Source of the DNA: Raillietiella orientalis
Taxonomy: Eukaryota
Reading direction: 5' to 3'
DNA length: 64,000 nt
Assembly: GCA_036172245.1 (NCBI GenBank)
Contig: JAYWIR010000077.1
Coordinates: 248,001-312,000 of the forward strand
Each line of letters opens with the position of its first letter. Position 1 is the stretch's first letter. Shown here piece after piece: positions 52,301 through 64,000 of this stretch. The notes under the pieces are model-generated. The model ran no database searches. It saw only the letters and a program-made list of their open reading frames with translations, and was not told where the DNA came from. Both the position numbers and the translations under genes were made by a program.

Positions 52301-55300
52301 ATTGTTAACTTTTTTCTTTACAAGTTATCAATATTGAAGTTATCAATTTATTTTTTTTATCTTTTCAAGTTATTATTTATTGTTTACTATACCCAGATTA
52401 GTGAAATGTGATTCTTCGAATATTGCACTGTTTCTTATTTGAAAACAAAAGTGCAGTTGTGTAAAATCTTGATTGTTCATCTCATTTGAAGCATGTAAAA
52501 GTGGGAATGCTTGTTCTTACACTGGAATTTGTAGATTTTTTTTCCTCTTATTTTCAATACAGTAATTTAATGTGGCATTTTTGCTATGTAGTTCATGGTC
52601 TTCATGCACCTTTCAAAGATGAAAGCAGATTTGTTGAACTGATTCATAATGTCTAAATTTGTTTCTGACCCTCTATAATCTACTTTACTTAAGTATGTTA
52701 TTTATCTTCTGTCATATTCAAGATTTGATATCACTCTTAAATATTTACCTGGCATTTTTCACAAAGTTATTTTTATGTATTCAAAACAAAACAGCTTATT
52801 GAAAATGCAAAAGTTGCATTCTTACTAAAACTAACATGCATATCTGCAGACATAATGCATCCTTTTATGTGCATTTCTGAAAATTTATTTACATTTTCTT
52901 TGTCATATGGATCCTTCAGTTGTCCCCTATTTTGGTGTCTTTATTCACTCTTACTCTTAACATATAAATTCATGTACTGTTTAAATTTGCATTTTTATTA
53001 CCTAGACTTGCAATTCACTTCCATTATTTCCATTATTTCTTCATCAATTATTTCCATCTTCCATTATTTCTTTGTTTTGGTCCCTCAGAAGCACCAACAG
53101 AAATTCTCAGATGGATGATGTGGTGATGGGATATGATTTTGATTTTTGTCCATCTTTTGAATTTTTTGCCTCCCTAATGGCTCTTTCTCGTAGTGTCTTT
53201 TTCTTACAAAGTATTTTAGCCCATGTCCACATTAGGAGTAAGCTGCGCTGAATTCAGAATGATTGAGTACATTATCAGCTATTGTAGTTTTATTTTCTTT
53301 GGATTGTTCAGGAGAAACAGTGGATCATATGTAACAGTGGTTTTTTCATTAAAGACTGTGTTGTGCTTAAGTGGAATCCAAACATGCATCTTGAAGATGT
53401 TGAAACATGTGGATATTTGTCTCAGAGTCACATTGATAAGTGACATGGCTCATACTTTGAGTGACCATTATTGTAAGCATTGTTTTTAAATGTAGGAGTG
53501 TTTTTAGACAGTATTTGAGTATACTGTAAGGAAAGAGAAGAATAAATATACAACAGCGTTATCTAGAATTTGCAGGTACATAACAAGAAATGTGTTACAA
53601 CAAGAGCTGATGGACTGAAGTGGCAAATATTGATTTCTTTTAACAATCCTAGTGTGTTGAAGCTGAATTTAGAAATCACATCTTTTTTGCTAGTGCACTT
53701 TAGATTACCACTGTGGTTGTTAATAGTCTTTGGGTTGCATGATTTTGGATGCAGTAGAGTAGGTAATGCATTCCTCATGAAAATTACTCAGTGTCTTTTT
53801 ATCGAGTGCATTTGGAAATTGTCGTATCTTCTTTTGATCCATTATTTGTTTGATATGCTGTTCTGACAAATGGTGAATTGATGATTAGTTTATCCAATTG
53901 AATATCATAGGCTAATTTGTAACCATGATTAATAATTCTACAATTGTTGATGCATGCTTTCAAAAGACAAGCATAAAACTACGTGAACTCTTTATCTAAT
54001 AGCTTTAAAAGCTCTGATTTGAATGTTTGCACCAGATGAATTCGTAACATTTTTAATTTTATTGTGTACTGATAGATGCAGTAACACATTGAAAAATATC
54101 GTGGTAGTCCCTCAGTCTCAAAGTAATTGCTATTTTCTCAAACATCAAAGTGTTTTTTATTGGCTGAGCATGGATGATTTTCGTAATAAGCAAGTTTCTT
54201 CATTACTTTAATGTATCAGTTCAGAAGCCAAAAAACACATATAGGAGATGAAGAGTAATATGATCAGCTTCAACAATAGTAACAAGCAGCCAACTTCACT
54301 AGACAGGAAAAAGTGAGCAGGTCTCTTCATGCTAAAGGGAGACTACTTACTTTGACTGAGGCAAGGAGCTTTTTCATCCTTGTGTCAGAGGTGTAAAACG
54401 CTTTGTAGTCTTTTGTAACATCTTCCCTCATCTCCAGTTGTCTTCCTGGTTTGTTGAGTTTTCCTTTGAAGGTGCCATGAATTAGAGTTATCAGTTAGCA
54501 TGAAGAATATCGAATTCTAGATATTTTTTCTTTCAAGTAGTTCTATGGGTCAACTTTGATATGTTGACTGCTAGATCTGCTGGTTTGATACACCTATCAT
54601 TTGTCTCATCTGACAGTCTCCATTCTTGAATACCAATCTTTAGCTCTTTTTGTTTTCAAAAATGCTTAAATTGAATTGTAACGCCTTGCTTCCGGTCATC
54701 TGACTCCAATGTTATGTGCAGACTCCAAGGAATCCCACTTTATGCTTCATTTTTCATAGACCATTTATGCCTGCATATGCGTCATTTTGCATCTCCCATA
54801 ACCTCAAATATCGACCACAAGCTATTCACTTATAAAACAGTCAGAATTGGTATTGTTAAGCATTGACGAATTACTGGATGTTCTGGACATCTTAAACATA
54901 TAAGCTGTTGCATGCAAAGTAGCATTCCTGAAGGGCACTCATCAGAACTGTTGAGATTAATAGAAGCTTGTGGGTCATTGGACTGTTTTCAATTTTCTGG
55001 AACGTTTTCCAATCTTCGTCATTATTGGAGTTCAATAGCTTGAACATGCAATTTACTGTGGCACACTAAGTAAAGGCTGCATGGTATGGAAGGATACATT
55101 TTGTGTTCTTGTAGTTATAGCAACTGTGAGTGGGAAAGGCAAAGAATTCGATGCGTTCTGCAGGTTGCAAATATTCAGAGCAGCCTAGAGAAAATGATCA
55201 GTGTATTTGAGTGGAAGGGTTTTCAGAACTGGTAAATGAGTTTCATCTGTGAGAACTCCAGAAGGACTCCTATATAAATAGAGTACTATGAAAATAGCTC

Positions 55301-58300
55301 CAACACTAAAAGCTATGATATTGTCAACTGCAAACGGAAATCACTGATGACAGGAGAGTTGCTTCTGAAGCACTCAAGTGTAGACTTGAAAAAAGTAAAT
55401 CTCTAAGTAACATTCCTTCATTTGATATGGCAACCAATCAGAAGGCCTGGAAGGTGTGCATCTCCCCTGAAGTGTTGCGTGAGTTGTGATAGTTTGCAAC
55501 TAGTGGTGAAAAACTGCTGCTTCTTGTGTTGATCACCATCTAGGATATACAGGTTGAAAGCTTGGAATATTCTTCTTGGTTTCATTCTGCTAACAGGAAG
55601 AAGGAGTTGAAGGTAGTGGACATAGGAATCATTGAGATACCAATGCTTTTCCTCCGATCAACTTGCATCTATGGAACAGGAGAGCATGCAATCAGTTTGT
55701 TAGATGCAATGCTGACAAAAAATGAAGCAACATTGTAAAAAACTATGTTGCTTCATGGCTGCTATCGTACTGGGTTTCTAGTCAGGGCAATTTACAACTT
55801 GATCAGCCACCATGGATGATGCTAGTCAAGCTTTATTTGGAAATAGTGTTGCAGGAAGTAAATGAGAGCACTTTTCTTAGTTGTGATTTAAACATCCATT
55901 TAAACATTGGCATTGGCATCATCATCAATGGAATACAAACGGAAATGGCACCATGGATATGCAAAAGGAAGAAAGGCAAAAAAGGGAAGATGCAAAGAAG
56001 AAATCGAGATCAGAAAAGAATCAGCTGGTGCTTCACAGACCATAAGGCTGTGATCAGTTCTACCAAATGAGGGGGCTGGTTCAGGAACTTCTTTCACAAA
56101 CTAAACATTCACAGGTGAGATTACAGGGAAATTCCACTGATAGGTACTACAAACTGATCACTTCTTTCAAATAATCAGTGTGGATTACAGCAATTTTTCT
56201 TCACAAATATCCCTGGTATTTCCCTTTCTCTGCATGAAATGTTGCTGTGGTTCATCTTCTGAGCTGCATTGTTGTTTGATATTTACATTCAATAATATTA
56301 CTACATAAGTGACACAGTGATAAAAGTACTTGTTATGGAAATGAAGTGGGTGTATGAGAAGTTAGAGCTGATGAAGGAGATCTAACCATTAGAGTTTCTG
56401 TTATTATGAGAACAGCAATGCATTGGTTTTTCATTAGATTACCTAGATCTGATTTCTTTTAAGCTTTTGAAAAATTCCCCAACTTGATAAGTGAACTATA
56501 ATTTTGAGTAAATATTAGCACCAACATGCATTACTAATACCGTATTAATAATTACAAATAAATTAATGATGTAATTAATTGACATGCATTTTTCATTCTT
56601 ATTGTGTTCGAATTTTCATCATTGAATTCGGTCACTGTGATCATGTTTCATGCAAATAGTTCTCATTTGTTCTCTTGCACATCCTTTGAAGCAAGCCCTG
56701 TTTGTTAATTTGGTTTGCAAGCTGTGTGAAACAACTTTGTTATGCAGATCTTTGTATCTTAGCAATAATTGAAGCAAATGTAAAAACTCATGCAATGTTT
56801 ATGTTTTTTGATCATAGTAATCTGTGCTTTCAACATATCGTTGTATGACATTAAGCTTCTACAAGAATATGCCCAAACTATTTCTTTTATATTTTTGTTT
56901 TAGTTTGATTAGATTTGTGAACATAAAAAGCACAAGAGTAACACACTCAACAGATTACATAAACAGTAAGTAGCTCAGCAATTGATTGATTTTCCTTCAT
57001 TAGAACATAAAAAAACATACAATTTGAGTCTATGAAATTACTATTTTTATTTTGTTTTATTGGAGAAAATGATAAACTATTCACTGCATTCAGGAGTTTT
57101 AATGATGTTTGAAATTCATAAACAAATTAGTGTTGCTCATCTGGCTAAGGTAGCAGTTGTTTGTAAATGAAGCAGAATGAATTAGTTTTTTGAATTGTCT
57201 CTTCCATTCAAGTAACAGATAAATAAAGGCATGTCTTTGAAAGAAAAGTGAAAATTTCATTATCAGATCACAAAATTTCCTAATTGAAATTACGAGATTA
57301 CTAGTAGAATTTGGATAACTGTTGTGAAATAAACTACTTTTCGGTTTTACGAATTGTAGGACAAGTCAAGAATACTCTAAGTAGAAAAGTACTGTTTCTT
57401 CTTAATGAGTTATAGGATACTGATCTTTTTAAATCATTAATGTGAGAAAAGTATTTTTTTATATTAGCAAAGTGATTTTAATCACAAGCTAAATGATTAT
57501 GACGAATATTTTACATTATCGTCATTCAGTATTTTCAGAAATAATTGGTAACCGACTTTAATTACAAAATTGAATCATCTAATGGTAGTGTAAGCACATT
57601 GGAAATTTGAGTGAAAGCAGTTTCCTTCCTACCCTAATTCCATCCTGACTGCTTTAAAAAGAATATTAACTAATATAAAAATATTTCCACTGAATGCAAT
57701 AACCAAAAGGCAATGGAATCACGAAAAATGAAACTTTCAAACTATAGTGCTTAATATGTAGAAATGTTTATTTCCGTTTAATTATAAACTTATATTGAAA
57801 CTCAGCTTTTTGTTCTAGATGAAAGGAGCAGATCGGAAACATAAACAGGATCGTGATAAATTGCTTAAATTGTCTCCTTCTGAGCAAGAAAAGTATCAGC
57901 CGCAGTGCTCTCATACTGTACTTTCCCAGGTTAGTTTTTCAGATTTCTCAGGATTACAGATTTTGAGTCACTACATTAGTCTCTCTCTTTTTAACTGTTA
58001 TTAATTCGATGCAAAAGATTTAATAATTTATGGTAAATCTTGTAAATAAGAATTTTTATTTAAAGGCATTTGCTCCTGATTTCGAAGTTAATAAAGATTT
58101 AGATTCTGCCATTGATTCTATTTGCATCAATGAGGTATTACAGATGTTAATGTGTGTAATTCATTATAGCAACTGTTGTTTTAGGTATACCTTGAAAATC
58201 TGACTGATGCTACTCAAGTTCTAGATGGAATCAGCAAACAAATCAAGTAAAACAATCATTTCTCAATTTTTTGAAGTTTCATAGTTTTGTTTATAAAATA

Positions 58301-59173
58301 TTATAATTATTTGAAACAGTATGTTCAATGATGTGTAATTCTAGGCCGGAAAATTCATTACTAGGTGCATCAAACAGCTGTGAGGAGTCAAGTGCTTTCA
58401 AGGTGTGCTAATAATAAGTAAACTATTATGGTGCTGCTAAGCTCCTTCCAGATCCAGTTCCAGAACACGTGAACAAATTAAAGGTGCATCTGCCTTCAGT
58501 ACCTTCAAATTGGCAGAGACAACCACTGTCTGTCGATGCTGATGTTGCAGAAACAACAAAATGGCTTGTGATTAATCGGTTCGAAGATTATCAACAAGTG
58601 TTCTCCAACTTTTGTGGTGCAGATTTGCTTTCATTGACTTATGATGAAATGATTCAGATCTGTGGCTTAGCGGATGGTATTCGTTTATATAATCGCTTGC
58701 ACTGCAAGTCAGTATAAGTAGTTTGGTTCTTAGTAATTGACCTTATCGGAATTCCAGAGCAATCAAGCCTTTGCTTATCCTGTATCTTAGCCTAAACTCT
58801 GGCTTGTTATATCATGCCTTGCACCTTAATAGTTTGACTGTATCAACTCTTCTGAATCACCTGGCTGATCTGGAAGTGCCTGTTGAACGACTACAGTCGT
58901 TCTACATATTGGGTCCCCAAGGGATTTATGTTTCATTTACAGATCAGGTATTCAGTGAAAAGCATATATATCAAAAATAGTAAGGATTTTGCAATTCTTT
59001 TAAAGGTTCTGCAGAATCTTTCCAATGAACGTTTGTTTCATTTAGAAATTTTGCAGTCTGATAGTATCACAAGTGAGTAGTTAGCATTTCTTCACTGATT
59101 AAGATCTCTTTCTGCCCAATTTGCAGAGAAGAATAATATTTCACTATTATTGCGTCCTGTGGATACAAGTTAA
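49319..59173 (+). CDS. TFCP2: CP2/LSF-family transcription factor (TFCP2/UBP1; Drosophila gemini-like), about 14 exons with a 6.6 kb intron (51221-57818)
   Basis: DDGLAADFDYSLAGLGVDL..AYNMS; CP2 domain [65 protein letters not shown]; SAM-like WLVINRF..FSNFCGADLL..QICGLADGIRLYN. The 5' exons and start are less certain. Confidence 0.93.
55050..55850 (+). mobile_element. Possible gypsy-like integrase relic in the large TFCP2 intron
   Basis: SVFEWKG (cf. DLFEWKG) and GTGEHAISLLDAMLTKN..YRT (cf. NGxAERAVxTxKxxLxK..YRT) in a locally GC-richer stretch. Confidence 0.3.
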
Positions 59174-60275
59174 ATGGAAAAATTTTTAGATGGAAGGTTT
59201 TTTTAATATCACTTGTCTACTTGACAGCACATGACTTCAACAGCATTGAAAATCAAGACAGAGGAGATCTGAAGATTATGATGAGTTATCCAACAATGAA
59301 CTTTCTCTTTGTAATTTAAGTGCTTTAGCCCCAAAATCCGAATTTCAGTAAATACAGGTGTTCTTATTGTCACTATGATTTGGTACTTCACTTCTTATTC
59401 ATTCAGAAAAAAATCACCTTCATTTGCATTTAACATCAGTAAGGTATAGTCAATCAAACCAAGCTTTAATGTAACATGAAAGTGAAATCAATTTTCTTAC
59501 CCTTAATGGTGATTTGAATATTGCTGAATATGATTGCAAGAATGGTCTGACATAAGTATAAGAACTGAATATATGAAAACTAATATAAGAAAAACATCAA
59601 AACTTTTAGAAATAAATAAATTTGTAGCTACAATTTTAAGAGATAGTGTTAATTTTTCGTTTGTAAAAGCCCAATTGTCATTAATCCATTATTTGCCAGT
59701 TGTTTCATTTTGAAGACAAGTACTTTCGCAAATGTTGGGAATTCATCCTCAATCGAGTTCATACCAATAGCAGCTTCAAACTTTTTTTTCTCTAAAATCA
59801 ATGATGCTTATTTTCTAAATTTAAGGTGCAAAGCTTTGCACTTATGAAATTACCGGTGATTCCTTCTCTGCAATTATTGGAAATTTGAAATGAACTTAGA
59901 ATTTGTTAAAATTATAAGTCTTATTTCAAATATTCAAAAATTAGATTAATCAATTTGAAATTTTGTTTAATTGAATTGGTTCCTATTCCTTATCTTATTA
60001 GTTCTATTTTTTATCTCATAATTTACTGAACCATTATCAAGATTTGTTTTCATAAAACGAAATCCTTTTTTTCATAAAAGAGAATTCATTTTTGAAGAAT
60101 ATTTGAATTTTTATTTAAAGGTTTCTAATGGCACGGGAAAGCCGTTTTCCATACGGTTTTTGTTCCCGACATGCCATCACAAGGACCGTTTTCACGTTTG
60201 CGAGTATATTTTTTTTCATGAAATGCAAGTTTGGTATAATGATAAAGCTCCTGCATCATTTCTTAGGATGCACAC

Positions 60276-61075
60276 GGGGCCGAGTGGGGCGCTGTGGTTG
60301 CGGTCTCCACACGTGGCACCACCAGGCGTCGCGGGTTCGAATCCTCGGGAAGGATCGGTACCTAACCCACAACGATCCATCGTTGTGGGTTCGAGTTCTT
60401 CCTGCAAGATGACGCGGAGTCCGACTCTTTGTGGTCCTTCCAGGAAACAGGATCAAGGAGTCCGATTCCCTTCGGGGTTCCCTTCCGCTTGTGCAAAGGA
60501 GCAACCCCCCCCCCCTCCCTCACTCGGGGAGAAGACCCTCAGCCTCGTACCATGGAGCTAATGGATTGATGCAGAGAAGCGTGCCGCTCGCTTCGGGGAG
60601 CGGCCTATCTGAGAAAATTCGGAAGCGTTCCTTAGGGGGGGTTTCTTCAGAGGGGTGAACAGGAGCGGTTCCCTCCGGAGAAAAAATCCCAAATAGAGGA
60701 TCCTTTCCGGGTTCCCTTCGGAGAAGAAAAAATGGAGTGGTCCCTTCCCGGGGGTCCCTCCAGGGAGAACAAGGAAGGAGATTCCCTTCGGGGCCTCTTT
60801 TCGGAGGCAACCAGCGTAATGGGTTCCCCTCGGGGATTTCTCCCAGGCATGAGAGATCGCGGCTTATACAGATAAACAAGGATGCCGGATGCTGGCCTCG
60901 TACTCTAGGGACACGTATCACAGGAGACCGAAACTGATGTACAACCAGAAAAACCCAGCGATCAGCTCTTGTGTGACGGAGGACACGATGACGATAAGGC
61001 AACAGAATAAGGGGCAACAGGCGCCCCAGATAGACACAGCTGGGGAAACCCGGAAGGATACGAAGAGCCCTTCCT
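60276..61075 (+). mobile_element. tRNA-derived SINE-like element, copy 2
   Basis: GGGGCGCTGTGGTTGC...GGTTCGAATCC (B box 60334-60344). Shares blocks with copy 1, e.g. TTCGGAAGCGT..TCTTCAGAGG(G/A)GTGAACAGGAGCGGTTCCCT and GTCCTTCCAGGAA. 3' boundary taken from the drop in GC. Confidence 0.75.
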
Positions 61076-64000
61076 GTAATGCATTAGCAAATTGTGTAAA
61101 ACCTTAGTGCTCCTCTTTCCAACAGTGCTTTCATAGCCTTATCCAAAATGACAGCAAACTGTTTTTGTTGTCGTTTTGACGTAAAAATCAGTTCACTCAT
61201 TGTGCCATCCATTTACCCTCGAGCAAGTCATAGTGTAAACCGTGTCAAAATGCCATCATGTGATTCTCTATTATGGTCTCCACGTGCCTTTTGTGTAATC
61301 ATGTACATGGATCCCTTAGATCTCATAGATCGTACACGTGGACAAATCCACGCTAGCGTTCCAATTTTTTCTTCTTCTTCATCCTCCCCGAATTCTTTCC
61401 ATCTGCAAATCGTGTGAGCATTTTCACAAAACAAATGTCATGTCAGGGAAAACGTAAATGAAATTCTTGGAAAACTCTTCGCTTTTTCTAGACACAGACT
61501 TAGAAGCCTCGTACTTGGCAGTACGGTGAAGATTAACCACACGGTAAGTCGCGTAGTTCTGCTTGTGGTTGCATTTCTTCAAATGCGTGCACGCATGAAC
61601 TTTTTACAGGTGAAGACACACTGATTTCGTGAAGTCAGGCTTCAACTACCTAATTAATTTATTTTTTCTCCTGCCACCGGAAATATGAGAATCTTTTCGG
61701 GTTCTGAGAAATGTGTGATTAATTGTAATGATTTGGTATTTATATCGTTAAAGGTGTTTGCAGTTTAGTGCTGCTAAAAGTCTTTGAAACCTTCGATTAC
61801 ATTTCGCGTTTCAATTAGTCAGAGATGTTGCTATTGCTTGATCCTCAAGGATGCTCCAGGATACTGTAATAGAAACAGTACGAATAGAATCAATCAGCTA
61901 AAAGGACATCCGAAAATAAAAATAGAAGTAAATAGCAACTGAAAACCATTTTTGCAGTTTAGAGAAATTCTTTTGTTTTGTTTTATCCTCTGTTGGCAGT
62001 TGGAATTTTTCGTGGGATTTCTACGTGCCTACCCATATTGTGGTTATCTTATCATGATAGCTGTTGCTGAAACCTCCATTAAAAATATGAACAGAAACTA
62101 TAGAAAAGTATGTCATTTCATTTCTCCAAAGGACCATTTCTACAAAAAAAATGCTTCAGTCTTTTTGCCGATTTTCGTTCATGAAAGTTCTATGGATTAT
62201 CTGCTTTTACAAAACTATGTATGACTGATATGTAGTGCGGATCCTTGGATGTAAAGTAGTGCTCTGCATTTAATACAGAAGTACCAAGCTAAATACTCTA
62301 CTCAGGTGACAAGTAAATATACTCAGGGTCAATTCCCACATATTGCAAATTTAGGTTACCTGCAGTTGTAGAAATGAAATCATTTTTTTTACACTGGCTT
62401 GTTATTTGACTTTTATCTTCAATCTAAAAAAATTGTCACGTTCATTAAGACAGTGGTCAATACTGTTTTCATAGACTCCAAAAATTACTTTTTCCAATGA
62501 ATGAACCTGTGAAAAAGCAAGAGTGATGCAATGGATATGGTATCCGTATATATATGTATGCATATAAGTTTTTATAACTATCAATTTTTGGTGAAAACTT
62601 TTATCCTGAAAGAAAAAAATTTTTTTTCGATTCTTGAAGTTTGAAAATTTCAGAATATATATATTTTTTATCCTGCAAGGTGGTTTTTTGGTTTTCAAAT
62701 CAAAATCTTTTGGAATGTTTCTTATTACATGCTGCTTTTCTTGAAATAATAATTTGATGAATCCATGTGGAAAAACAAAAGATGAAAAAATTCGTTGAGC
62801 TACCCTAGGTCCAACTGGTAAAATACCTTCACTTCTGTGAAGACTCTATTCAGAACGTTTACAGAAGTACTGTAGAATCAACTATTTGTTCCTTTTGACT
62901 AGTTTCCTTGAATGCTTGTCCATGGGTTATCTGTAATCTTGAAAAAAAAATTAAAATGCCACATTCAGGAAAACCATGTTGATTGTGATTGCAGAGGACA
63001 CAGATGAACTTGTGAAGCCATTTCCATTTCTAAACTCACTCGAACTCCAAAGTGTTTATTAGAACAATGTATTCTATATGTTACAAAATCTAATGATTCC
63101 CACAGTGATAATAGGAACAGTTATTTGCAAAACCCAAACTGAATAAATTACATCACAGTAAGGAATTACTGGCAAGAACCATTACATATAAATGAAGTAT
63201 TTTGCATACTTTGAAATGTTCAAATACTTCACCTGATAATCGGAATAGCGCGACTCTTAGCGAGAAAAACTGACATACGTATACAATCGTAGTGTTTATC
63301 CTAATCTTAACGGTGAAAATCATGATTCTAAAATTAAGAGTCGAAAGATCTCACATTTGATTTTTCTCCCTTGAAACATCACCATCAGTAGATATCGACC
63401 TTTCCATAAGGCTATCTACTGAGTTTTTCGAGCTTAAGTATAAGTCTGAGCATATGTGAGAGACAAATGCAAGCAATACTTTTTGAAACTTGAATCTGTG
63501 TTAGGGCGAGTGGTTGAAGGAAGACGAAAACATTTAATTTTCTACTACCATCAGCGGCTTACAGAAATGATTAAAAAGTCATTAAAGAAGTGTGATTTTC
63601 ATGAGTAAATATAAAGTGTAGGTGTAAAATAATATCAAAAAAAGGCAATTTTATTGCGGGCAAGAATATACACCTAAGGACTAAAAAGACATCAAAAGGT
63701 ATTCTCATACTGCATCTCAAAGTCAGAGTGAATTGAAAATGCTTTTATTCCGAATCGACTATAGACTATAGATGGGTTTATTTCATCATGTAAAATCATT
63801 TTTTTCAGCAAAAGAAGCTATTTGATGGGAACTTGGAAGTACATGTGAGAAAATAATTAACAAATGATAATGAGTTTGAAACGTACACTTGAAGATATCG
63901 TAGATAAATTTCTTTTATTCTTTTGTTAATTACATTAATTTTGAAATATACTTTCCTCTTCAAAGTTCATTCCCTAAAGACTGCATTCTTATTATTAACT

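Noticed and set aside
60276..60350. Functional tRNA gene
   Set aside because: No convincing cloverleaf acceptor stem or T-run terminator, and it continues into a body shared with 23116-23872.
61100..64000. AT-rich 3' end with short ORFs
   Set aside because: No motifs or coherent exon chain; treated as intergenic or intronic.

Overview
Eukaryotic (animal, arthropod-like) genomic DNA. It holds three intact multi-exon genes: a mammalian-type TIMELESS/timeout (tim2) gene (+, 12535-18042, 21 exons), a GABA-B receptor subunit 1 gene (-, 38901-44864, 14 exons) and a CP2/LSF-family transcription factor, TFCP2/gemini-like (+, about 49319-59173). Many of their introns are only 39-50 nt, and one is a GC-AG intron. 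Most of the remaining GC-richer DNA is decayed retroelement. The first 9.5 kb is a nested cluster of L1/Tx1-like non-LTR elements, in which two 5'-truncated copies of one family appear to sit inside ORF1 of related elements, flanked by diverged target-site-duplication-like repeats. Further heavily decayed LINE ORF2 remnants lie between 18 and 36 kb, and there are probable gypsy-like pol remnants. Two diverged copies (23.1-23.9 kb and 60.3-61.1 kb) of a long, tRNA-headed, hairpin-rich SINE-like element are the most unusual non-coding feature. Calls on decayed elements come from manual translation across stops and frameshifts, so their boundaries are approximate. No prokaryotic features, CRISPR arrays or intact rRNA/tRNA genes were seen.
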